Shown here: positions 40,568-52,100 of the stretch, piece by piece
Layout: every line of letters starts with the position of its first letter
Position numbering within the stretch: position 1 is the first letter of the stretch
DNA from: Leptogorgia sarmentosa
Taxonomy: Eukaryota
Direction of reading: 5' to 3'
Assembly: GCA_964658305.1 (NCBI GenBank)
Contig: OZ210885.1
Coordinates: forward strand, 17,050,001 to 17,114,000
DNA length: 64,000 bases
Program-made: the position numbers and the translations under genes
The notes under the pieces: generated by a model
Seen by the model: the letters and a program-made list of their open reading frames with translations, nothing else
Database searches by the model: none
What the model was told of the DNA's origin: nothing

Positions 40568-41453
40568 TGTTCTTTGTGCTTGATATTATTAATTTGTATT
40601 GTGGATAAGGTGTTGACATATCTCTGAGAAATCATGTAACTTGCATGATTTTTATTTTAACAACTGGAAAATTCATGTCCAAATTCACCTTGGCATCTCA
40701 GAGCCATGCCTACATCTAATCAACTGACTTAATGTCTAATGACAGATATCTTTTATGTTGTTAGTTGTCAAGCATGCAAAGTAGTCTTTATCTTTCTCAA
40801 TTGACTGACTTTTTAGATTTTTTTCAAACAGCCTAGGATAGTCACAAAAAATTTGTGCTTTATCCTAGTTCTACTGCAGTATATTCATAAAAGATATCTG
40901 GGCATTAGAATTTAATTTAACATTTGCATATAATATTTGCACAATTAGAAACTTTAAAACAATTGCATTTATTATCTGTAATATAATGTAAAATGCAATA
41001 CAATTTAATATATATAAGACAATGTAATAAATTTATTTTATAATAAATTGAAAATTTTCGGTTTTTTGAAAGTCAATTTCTATTCATATATATAATTATA
41101 TAACATACCATACCAATTTGACACACACACACATTCACTGTATATTGGTGTAGGTAATAAAAATAAAAATTATTCTCATGAAAAAAGCAAATTTTTTTAA
41201 GCATAATGGTACATATACATTTTTGTTGCATAAAAAGCATGGAAAATGGACAAGATTTTTTGCAAAGAAAATCATTTTTACAGACTTGTAACGAATATGT
41301 ACATGGATAAAATTGGTATGTGTCACTTGAACATAATTAGGTTTTCAAATACAAAATTTCAATGTTCAATGAATATCAACAATAAATATCAACAACTATG
41401 TTACACAATTAGTCCATACCACAATATGTACAATGTTCAAGAATGTCAGAACT

Positions 41454-44400
41454 TTATGATGGTGGTGGTGGTGGTAGGCTCTCAGCAGGTTTGAAATGGG
41501 CTGTACGTACACTTAACTGACCACGTTGAGGGATCACAGCACGATTTGCAACAAAAACACCAGGGTCAGCCCTCCGAGAAATACGGACACAATCTAGGCG
41601 TTCTTTCCCAGTATTTGATGGATCATTGAAGGATGCTATTGCACCATCGTTATATCGGTCATTTGAGCCAGTGTAATAATAAAATGGCAGGTCAGGATCA
41701 CATTTCTTGGTGTACTCGCTGATGACTTTTGGAAACACGTCATGAAAGGCCTTTTCATCAAAGATTGGTCCTAACAGTCCATGCAAGAAAGCAAAAATGC
41801 CTTCAACATCATCGGTTGATCCAGCTCTTGGGTGTTCTGGAGGAAGTCCTTTCTCAACCCCATATCGCCGTCTGAACTCCTGTAAATAAAGAATATAGTA
41901 ATTAATATTGTTCATTCATATGAGATATATTTGTATTGAAACACTTTTCATTAAGGTCTCAACAAGTAGTATGCATTCAAAACCATACCTGACTTTCTAT
42001 ATTTGTTGTCAATGCAACCACAACTTCTCGGGTAAAGCCTCGAATTCCCTGAATAGGTCTAAAGGTAATTAGGTAATTAGGTAATTGTTCTTTTTGGAAG
42101 GAAATATTTTTATATAAAGTACATAGTGCATAATCTCATTGTACATACCTGTTAACATCTAATGTCGAGTAGTCTCGAGCTTCTTCGTTCTTGAACCACG
42201 GCATCCAGTCTTCCAGAAGATACTCCAGCATTTCCAGGTTGTACTTCTCACGTTCGGCTTCACTCAGACCACGGCCATCACTTGCTTTGTGCCAGTTGGA
42301 AACAACCTCTACAAACCTAGCTTCACTCAAGAAATCGTTAGCTCTTAACCACTTACCTACTGCAGGTGACAACAGTTTTTCTGCATCACCTACACTTTGC
42401 TTTCTCTTACCTGTCAAAGCAGTGTATGTCAAACCAGTATTGGGATCATGCATAGCCTTAACAAAAGCTTGGACATCAACATCTGGAATATGCCCTTTCC
42501 TGAGACTACCAGCAATCCTCTTCAGCACATGGTTATGGTCTTCACGTTCGTGTTGTGGTTCCCCAGTACTTTCACTTACCTCAGGTACATACAAATACTC
42601 TCTAAAGTTAACACCTTGACTACAGTACACACTTACTTTCTGCTTGAAGATATACATGGCCATCAATGACTTTAGGCAATCAGACTTTGACTCAGTTTTT
42701 CCTTCAACATAATAATACACATTGGTTACCAGGCGCATATTTAAAAAAGATGAAGATTCTGGATGACCATAAAGGTTTAACAGCTTACCAGCAATCCAAG
42801 GGTGAGGATTATAAAAAAATGGAAAGTGCTTTCTACGGAGTATTGACAGTCCATGAACAAACGGTATTTCAGTATCACCATTCATGAATTCTGCTAGCCA
42901 GAGGACATCTTCTAATGGAATTGCATCATGTTCCTTGACAGGCTGAATTACTCCATCTAAATTTTGAAAGAAAAATATGTACAACTACTGTAGGTAATGG
43001 GAGTCTGATTAAGATGATAAATGGTGAATTCAAGTGTAGTGGCAAAGCATTGCTTAAGATTATTAGATAATTAATATCAATATTAATAGATATACATTAC
43101 CTTTATTCACAGTCTTGAAGAATTTTTCAATCTCCTTTGATCGCATAGCTCGTGCTTCGTTCTTTGCATCCATTATAAGCTGAATCACTGAAATGGGTCT
43201 TTTTAAACCTTGCGTTCGCAACGAGTTGAACTCACCATCAGTAACAAAACCTATGAATTACATTATATATACATAGATTATATAAATTAGTAGACATAAA
43301 CAAAACTGGATTATACAAATGGAACATACCTACAGTCACCATGCCCATCTCTTCCATTGCACTTTTCAACTCATCTTTCAAATCGCGAGCATTCTTGTCT
43401 GTTAAGCTGGTGTACTTCAGGACACGAACAGGAATAGCATATGGTTTAAAATTTCTAAATTCATCACTTACCATAAATATAAGGATGTGAGAAGCTGCTA
43501 CTCTTGTCTTTGTTGTAATACCTTAAAGAACAAAATCATGGGTTTTAAACAAACAGCACTATAATGTATAGTATGATATGGTTGCTATGTATATGTTGAA
43601 ACAATATTATTCAACATAAGTCAATGGCATGATAATATGCCATTAATTAAGTATTATACCTTTAACATACTCCAGCAATTCTTTACGCAGATTAGCAAGA
43701 ATCGAACCAATGTTGATGGACTGGGTGTTTCCACTGTCAATGATATTCATGACATTCTTCATTGTCTGTGTCAGGGTTACGTTCTTCTCCAATAACCGCT
43801 TGAACTCTTCAGCTTCCCAAGCACTGGCAAACAATGACTTCTCCGGAGCATTAGCAAGTCTTTGAAGATTATGGTATTCCTTCTGGGCATCTGCCTGACC
43901 ATTTACTAGAAATTCCTTCTCTGTTATCATAGTCGAGGTTTGCTTGTGAAGATCTTCTTTGATGTTGTCAAGAGATGACCTATCCTTCAGACCTATGCTA
44001 CAAACAAATTTGAGATACTCTGCATACCGTGAATATTTATCTTGCAACTTACCATCTCCCAAATCTACATCACCTGACCATTCATTTCTCATGGATTCCC
44101 TGAGTCCCTGCTGGATATCAGTACCATCGGCCTTTAACCACCACCTTCCATCAGGATGTGATTCACGAAGGAATTCCAAAGCAGATGTCTATATAGAAAT
44201 AACCAAATTAATCGACATATTATTTCCTACTTGCAATATATGAATATGCATAATACAGTTTCACATTTAAAGTAGTACTGGCACTGGATATATACTGTAT
44301 GTAAAGCATGTACACCTGAATTTCAGTTCCTTTGGTAAATTCACTGTCCTGGTTCATTCTTCGGACTGTGCGAGAAGATGGACCGGCAATATTGATTTTG

Positions 44401-46144
44401 GCCTTGAGGAATGAAAAACAATAGTGAGAAGTATGTTGACAAGTCATAATTTTGTAACTAAACATAACTTTTGTAACTATAGAGGCTTCAATTGATAAAC
44501 CCTACTTTTAGTGGGTCTCCTTTAATTGTCCTGCCTGATTGCACAACATCACTGGTATCCTTGACATTCTCCAACATTGGCAAAGAGTTTCCAGGATCCA
44601 CCAAGGGCATTTCATCCCCAAATGTCTCTTGCAGTGCTTGGCTTAAAATATCTAAACTAAAAGATGACTCATTAGCACCAGTTGTAACAGATGTATTCTT
44701 ACTCACCTCATAAGACCACATAGGACCTAAGTGCATTGATGCCCACTTGTTACCAAACAGTGTGTACATAGATTGACACCACGATTTGTAGTCATCTGGA
44801 GCTTGTAGATTGGCAACATTATCAGAGGCAAAAAACTTTAGATTGTGCGCAACTAGACCAAAAGGCATTCTGTCCAATGGCATTCGTGGTCCAGTATCTC
44901 CTTGTCTTTGTTCTCCAAAACAACGGGCAGCGTGATAGATGAGGTTGTCTTTACCATTAGCATGAAGTACTGCAATAGCTTTGGCAACAAGTCCTAAAAA
45001 ATTACAAGGCAAAAAACTAGTATCTAAATCTATTCCTTGATTAATATCATCTACCATCCATCGTTGAAAAAGGTGTTGAAGTAATTGCTCTCGTTGTCGT
45101 GGAGTTAGCTTTGAAAAACCAGATGAAATGACATCAAGAATACAACCAGGAAGTTTGACCAGTTCTGCATCACGCAAGGGTGAAAATCCAAGCATTGGAG
45201 ATCTAGTAGATTTAGCATATCCAGATACAACAGATGGAGTAGATGGTTTGCTTTGATCAATAGTTGATGGCTATAAATGATTAACAAGAAAACACAGGTT
45301 GACAACAATGCCAATGTTTCCAATTTAATGTCCCCATGAATAAAACCCACTTTACATTATATACATAAGTTACCTTGTCACCAAAATAGCAAATTTCATA
45401 AGCTTCTTCTGCAGCTGCAATTGTTGGGAATTCCTCTTTCAGATGTTTTCTAACAATATTTCGACATGCAACTCCTATAAAAAGAAGACTTTGCTCACAT
45501 AAACTCTGTCAGGTAAAGTTTGCTTAAATGCATGCATAAATAAATTGTAAGAATAAACATGTATTTACATACCAGATCGCTTGCTACCAACATGGCACTG
45601 GTTTACAGCATCTGCACACTTCTTCCAAAATTCATCATTCTTTTTTGCTGGCCAAATGTTGCAGGAAACTTCATCAGGCGAATGGTAAAGAGCAATATAC
45701 TCAATCAATGCTGCCACTTCCTCATCACTCCATGAGATTTCAAGCTGTACATGTATGATTTATGAAAATATATCACAACTAGTATCGGTTGAGAAACCTC
45801 AAACTGACCACATAAAATGCTTTATTTTAAAATCTTATTCCTACTACCAAACAATTTTGCTTGCAAACTAATGGAGGTACATCAGGCTCAGAGCTTACAT
45901 TATTCATAAGAGATAATTGTTAATTGGACATACAATAAAATGCAGTAACTTGAAGGGTGCCTACAAAAATTCAGGCTTGATTCAGTACCTTCTGATCCTT
46001 CTTCATATCTTCTCCAACCTCATCTTCTGACTGGAACAGTGATTTCTTGACGAATCTTCCAGATTTGGCAGATCTCTTTTGTGGCTTCTTTCCAGGAGTT
46101 TGACCAGTTGGAGGATCATGTGCTCTTTTTTGGGCCTCAGCCAT
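41454..46144 (-). CDS. Intact ~1151-aa protein: N-terminal Myb/SANT-like domain plus P-element/THAP9-like DDE transposase fold, 11 coding exons
   Basis: Exons 46144-45989, 45744-45573, 45474-45374, 45270-44506, 44402-44316, 44188-43660, 43521-43330, 43250-43101, 42956-42149, 42058-41989 and 41879-41454 sum to 3456 nt in frame. Motifs WSDEEVAALIEY...FWKKCADAVN...RSGVACR, WLKADGTD, GFVTDGEFN, EDHNHVLKRI, KQSVGDAEKLLS and STDDVEGIF. Confidence 0.75.
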
Positions 46145-47210
46145 CTTAACCTACAACAAAACACAGAAAAGAAAATTACTTCGGAAGTCGATACGAGTTT
46201 TGTACCTTACCTCTGGTGATTGGGCGTCAACCAAAGGCAACAGTGAATAGAACTGCAGACACGAGGTCAAATGTATCTCGAAATGTATAATCTATAAAAA
46301 TAGAAAATTGACTGCTAAGTCTTCCTAAAAGTAATTCAGCACATACACTGATGTTCTAATATTATGAGAATTACAAGATTTATTGTAAAAAAACAGATTT
46401 GGTATCACATGTCTAACCCATTTATTAAGCGATATTATTGTGAAGGTTGAAACAACAGTAGTCAATTCAATGCTGAATATTTCGAAAACTGCCGGGGGAT
46501 CTCGGGGATCTCTCCAGCAGATTTTAAGTTCAAACATTTATCTTTATTTTGTTGCAAAAATTACGAAAATCGAACCGTTGGAACTTCAGATATTTTGGTT
46601 CAAAAATTGTAAACAGACACAAACTAAATTGGTCACGCCGTGACGACATTACCAAGTTGAATCACGAAATAAAGATACAAAATACCGTTTACCTTGGATT
46701 TTTTTGCAGATATCGCCGATGCTTATATACTACTCCACCCACACTTGCTTTCAATAAAAAATATTGAATATTTATATGTAAATTTTTAGTCTTTCTGCGT
46801 GCAATGCAAATTAGAAAGCCAAAAATCTCCGCAAACACGATGCAAAAATACCGTGATTTGATTGGTCGAGAAATTCACGTGACAGCTGTCCAACCTCCTC
46901 TGAACTATTTGGTAGGCATAGTAAATTTGTCCATGCATATGCATCAGACTTTTCTATTTTATTTATCTTTTGATCTATATCATTTTTAACTTTTCTTCAT
47001 GCATGAGTCACAACATTTGGTGTAGTCATTATAGGTTAGAACATTACGTGACATTTCTGATATGCCATGATATCGCCTCACCCCTTTATATGACAGCCTA
47101 CATTTTTAGGCTTTCAACATTCTGTTTTTTTAACACGAAACCCTCCCTAGGTGAATGTTCTGCAATATTTATCCTAAGGTGATAGAGGCTTTTCAAACTG
47201 TGCATCGTAA

Positions 47211-47669
47211 ATGGATTGGCGTTTACAAGAGTGGCAAAAAGTTTACGCATCTGTAAAAGATTACCAACAGACTGTATTAACATTCTCATACGATAACGTA
47301 TCTGCAGAGAGGGGTGAACTCGTTAATATCCTGAATGGTGATATGTTTTTCGACATGAAACTCTGGCCTGCGTGGACAAAGCGCTTGTTCTGGAAAAAGC
47401 CATTGACTGATGAAGAGTCTTTCAAATTGTTATGCTTTTTTATTGGAAATGGTTGTCCACCACTGGTTATTGCGAAATGGATATTAACCTCTCAATTCTG
47501 GCGGCCCCAAGGAATATTGAAATCAAAAGTAGAGAAGCGAACAATGCAAATAAACAACTTTTTCATACAACTTGCGAATCGAGAACACGAGTGGTTTTAT
47601 TTTGATATGTATTTAAATTTGTATTTATATATGAATGGTGATAAGCGAACAAAAAAGTTTCACTCTTGA
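47211..47669 (+). CDS. Intronless 152-aa hypothetical protein
   Basis: ATG-initiated ORF with globular-protein composition (LWPAWTKRLFWKK...FKLLCFFIGNGCPP...WFYFD), divergent from the P-like gene. Confidence 0.65.
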   Translation: MDWRLQEWQKVYASVKDYQQTVLTFSYDNVSAERGELVNILNGDMFFDMKLWPAWTKRLFWKKPLTDEESFKLLCFFIGNGCPPLVIAKWILTSQFWRPQGILKSKVEKRTMQINNFFIQLANREHEWFYFDMYLNLYLYMNGDKRTKKFHS

Positions 47670-49128
47670 TATTGTAATATAATGTTGCTTTTATTATCAG
47701 TTCTGTTGAAAATTGTATTTTATGTATGTATGGTGATAGATAGAAGAAAAACAACATTGTTGGTAAATTAATATTTTGCCATCTGTTTATGTGTGATTGT
47801 AATTGTGTGATTGCATGGTACATGAACCCTGGAAGGAGAGTTACATAATTACGACACACACACATATATATTCCTGAACAAGCATGCAATCATTTCCAAA
47901 TAGAAAGAACTTCCCAAATTGATTCAACCTGCGCGCTTTTGCTTCTGTTTTCACTGAGTATGCTGTTAAAAAGCCGTGTTGCAATTAACACGTATATCAG
48001 CCTATTTCGTCCCTCATACATTAGCTACGTATCTATCGTATACGCAAATTAAGAGAACAAGAAGCTGCATGGGATAGACACTGAGAACATATTATGTTCA
48101 TGTTACATACAGCACAATTGATAACCTATTTCATATTGATGTGGAAACATGCATGATGCGGCGAACTTCAGGATCCCAACCGGCATGTGCATGACTATTT
48201 CTAAAGAGCGAGGGAAACATACAGATGATATAATTACAATAACATAACTCATACAATTGAAAGTGGACATCATGCCAAGAATCTCAATAAAATAGCATAT
48301 TTATACAAGCCTGTCTAGCCAAGACACGTATTATCTAAACAAACACGCATTTTGTGCTGTTTATATGCAAGTTTGCGTCTGATGTAAGTCGCATCTTGTG
48401 TGAGTTAAAGTCCAAGTTATTTTGTTTCGTAGCTATAAATGCCCCTATTATTGTGAACAGTAAATGTGGCGAACATGTATCTAACTTGAATAAGTATGTT
48501 GTCGCTATTTTGTGATGGATGTTTCTTGGACGTCCTTGAAGAAAGGCAGATTGCGCATTTGATTACAATAAACCGAAATAATGATTCTAAAAATGTCGAA
48601 ATATCAACGCATTTCTTTGCAATGTTGCGTGCGGTTTTTATCGACAATCATGATTGCAGCGCAGGCCAGCAGGCGGAGTGAACACTTGCGTAGACGTTCT
48701 GTTTTTAATCAACTTGTTTCCCCAATTTTGAACTTCACATGGGTAACATTGACGAGTGAACCGTGTATAAGGTGGCGCATTAGCGTAGGTTTTCTAAAGA
48801 ACGAGGGTAACATTGAGATTGTAAACAAGTGGACCCTGTATAAAGTGAACGTGCAACAGGAACATAATTATGTTGGGGTTCGTAATATGAGTCTCATGAT
48901 ATGTTTTCCATTTAGAATCAACATGTTTCCCTAATTCTAAACTTTACGAGTTTAACAGACCCAACCAATCTGAGAGCATTCAACGAATCGAAAAGATTCG
49001 TACCAATCGTACGAAATGTCATGGATACGGAGTCATCATTAAGCTCCAGCATAATATTATTATACCGGATATCATGATGATAATTATTAACAATTTACCA
49101 TTAGAACGAGTCGAACGAATCTACGTAG

Positions 49129-49164
49129 TATTCACGAATCGTTAAGAGTCGAGGGTATTGGACA
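49129..49164 (-). repeat. Right terminal inverted repeat core (36 bp)
   Basis: Reverse complement reads TGTCCAATACCCTCGACTCTTAACGATTCGTGAATA. It ends 5 bp inside the element end. Confidence 0.92.
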
Positions 49165-49169
49165 AGTAT

Positions 49170-49179
49170 GAATACTTTG
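49170..49179 (+). repeat. Right target-site duplication GAATACTTTG
   Basis: Identical to 25202-25211. Confidence 0.9.
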
Positions 49180-52100
49180 TGTTGTAGACTTGCTTCATTT
49201 TATTGTATGTGTGTTTGTAAATAGGTTTGCTTTCAATTTCAACTTCAGGGTTTTGTTATTGTTACACGTTTAAAAAGTGTTACTTCCATCAACAAATGTC
49301 TACGACCATACCAGTAGGAAAATACCGGTTCTCGTCTGATCACCGAAGTTAAGCCTAGGTGGGCAAAGTTAGTACTTGGATGGGTGACCACCTGGGAATA
49401 CTTTGTGTTGTAGACTTGCTTCATTTTATTGTATGTGTGTTTGTAAATAGGTTTGCTTTCAATTTCAACTTCAGGGTTTTGTTATTGTTACATGTTTAAA
49501 AAGTGTAACTTCCATCAACAAATGTCTACGACCATACCAGTAGGAAAATGCCGGTTCTCGTCTGCTCACCGAAGTTAAGCCTAGGTGGGCAAAGTTAGTA
49601 CTTGGATGGGTGACCACCTGGGAATACTTTGTGTTGTAGACTGGCTTCATTTTATTGTATGTGTGTTTGTAAATAGGTTTGCTTTCAATGTAAACTTCAG
49701 GGATTTTTTTATTGCTACATCTGGAAATACTTTGTATTGTTGTTTTGCTAAATGTTATTTAATGCCTATTTTTAAATATAATTCGTTTCAATTTCAACTT
49801 CAGGGTTTTGTTATTGTTACACGTTTAAAAAATGTAACTTCCATCAACAAATGTCTACGACCATACCAGTAGGAAAATACTGGTTCTCGTCTGATCACCG
49901 AAGTTAAGCCTAGGTGGGCAAAGTTAGTACTTGGATGGGTGACCACCTGGGAATACTTTGTGTTGTAGACTTGCTTCATTTTATTGTATGTGTGTTTGTA
50001 AATAGGTTTGCTTTCCATTTCAACTTCAGGGTTTTGTTATTGTTACACGTTTAAAAAGTGTAACTTCCATCAACAAATGTCTACGACCATACCAGTAGGA
50101 AAATACCAGTTCTCGTCTGATCACCGAAGTCAAGTCTAGGTGGGCAAAGTTAGTACTTGGATGGGTGACCACCTGGGAATACTTTGTGTTGTAGACTTGC
50201 TTCCTTTTATTGTATGTGTGTTTGTAAATAGGTTTCCTTTCAATTTCAACTTCAGGGTGTTGTTATTGTTACATGTTTAAAAAGTGTCACTTCCATCAAC
50301 AAATGTCTACGACCATACCAGTAGGAAAATACCGGTTCTCGTCTGATCACCGAAGTTAAGCCTAGGTGGGCAAAGTTAGTACTTGGATGGGTGACCACCT
50401 GGGAATACTTTGTGTTGTAGACTTGCTTCATTTTATTGTATGTGTGTTTGTAAATAGGTTTGCTTTCAATTTCAACTTCAGGGTTTTGTTATTGTTACAT
50501 GTTTAAAAAGTGTAACTTCCATCAACAAATGTCTACGACCATACCAGTAGGAAAATACCGGTTCTCGTCTGCTCACCGAAGTTAAGCCTAGGTGGGCAAA
50601 GTTAGTACTTGGATGGGTGACCACCTGGGAATACTTTGTGTTGTAGACTGGCTTCATTTTATTGTATGTGTGTTTGTAAACAGGTTTGCTTTCAATGTAA
50701 ACTTCAGGGATTTTTTTATTGCTACATCTGGAAATACTTTGTATTGTTGTTTTGCTAAATGTTATTTAATGCCTATTTTTAAATATAATTCGTTTCAATT
50801 TCAACTTCAGGGTTTTGTTATTGTTACACGTTTAAAAAATGTAACTTCCATCAACAAATGTCTACGACCATACCAGTAGGAAAATACTGGTTCTCGTCTG
50901 ATCACCGAAGTTAAGCCTAGGTGGGCAAAGTTAGTACTTGGATGGGTGACCACCTGGGATTACTTTGTGTTGTAGACTTGCTTCATTTTATTGTATGTGT
51001 GTTTGTAAATAGGTTTGCTTTCAATTTCAACTTCAGGGTTTTGTTATTGTTACACGTTTAAAAAGTGTAACTTCCATCAACAAATGTCTATGACCATACC
51101 AGTAGGAAAATACCAGTTCTCGTCTGATCACCGAAGTTAAGCCTAGGTGGGCAAATTAGTACTTGGATGGGTGACCACCTGGGAATACTTTCTGTTGTAG
51201 ACTTGCTTCATTTTATTGTATGTGTGTTTGAAAATAGGTTTGCTTTCAATTTCAACTTCAGGGTTTTGTTATTGTTAGACGTTTAAAAAGTGTTACTTCC
51301 ATCAACAAATGTCTACGACCATACCAGTAGGAAAATACCGGTTCTCGTCTGATCACCGAAGTTAAGCCTAGGTGGGCAAAGTTAGTACTTGGATGGGTGA
51401 CCACCTGGGAATACTTTGTGTTGTAGACTTGCTTCATTTTATTGTATGTGTGTTTGTAAATAGGTTTGCTTTCAATTTCAACTTCAGGGTTTTGTTATTG
51501 TTACACGTTTAAAATGTGTAACTTCCATCAACAAATGTCAACGACCATACCAGTAGGAAAATACCGGTTCTCGTCTGATCACCGAAGTTAAGCCTAGGTG
51601 GGCAAAGTTAGTACTTGGATTGGTGACTACCTGGGAATACTTTGTGTTGTAGACTTGCTTCATTTTACTGTATGTGTGTTTGTAAATATAATTCCTTTCA
51701 ATTTCAACTTCAGGGTTTTGTTATTGTTACACATTTAAAAAGTGTAACTTCCATCAACCAATGTCTACGACTATACCAGTAGCAAAATACCAGTTTCCGT
51801 CTGATCACCGAAGTTAAGCCTAGGTGGGCAAAGTTAGTACTTTGATGGGTGACCACCTGGGAATACTTTGTGTTGTAGACTTGCTTCATTTTATTGTATG
51901 TGTGTTTGTAAATAGGTTTGCTTTAAATGTAAACTTCAGGGATTTTGTTATTGCTACATCTGGAAAAACTTTGTATTGTTGTTTTGCTAAATGTTATTTA
52001 ATGCCTATTTGTAAATATAATTCCTTTCAATTTCAACTTCAGGGTTTTGTTATTGTTACACGTTTAAAAAGTGTTACTTCCATCAACAAATGCTACGACC

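Larger units (their letters stand above)
25212..49169. mobile_element. Giant (23,958 bp) TIR DNA transposon-like element inserted in a 5S rRNA gene
   Basis: 10-bp direct repeat GAATACTTTG at 25202-25211 and 49170-49179, single in uninterrupted copies. Inverted repeats at both ends. Two DDE transposase-like genes inside. Confidence 0.93.

Noticed and set aside
42191..44713. + strand ORFs at 42191, 42397, 42666, 43959 and 44492
   Set aside because: They are antisense shadows of exons of the - strand P-like gene.
48417..48934. ORFs near the right end of the element
   Set aside because: Overlapping in several frames with no motif; probably non-coding subterminal DNA.
25212..49169. Classification as Polinton/Maverick, Helitron or a retroelement
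   Set aside because: No pPolB, retroviral-type integrase, capsid, HUH-Rep/PIF1 or reverse transcriptase motifs were seen, and the end structure does not fit.
49170..51700. Idea that the element separates two unrelated arrays or blocks homogenisation
   Set aside because: Units just right of the element share diagnostic variants with left-arm units (e.g. CTGCTCACCG, ATAATTCGTTTC, TTAGACGT), consistent with insertion into one continuous array.
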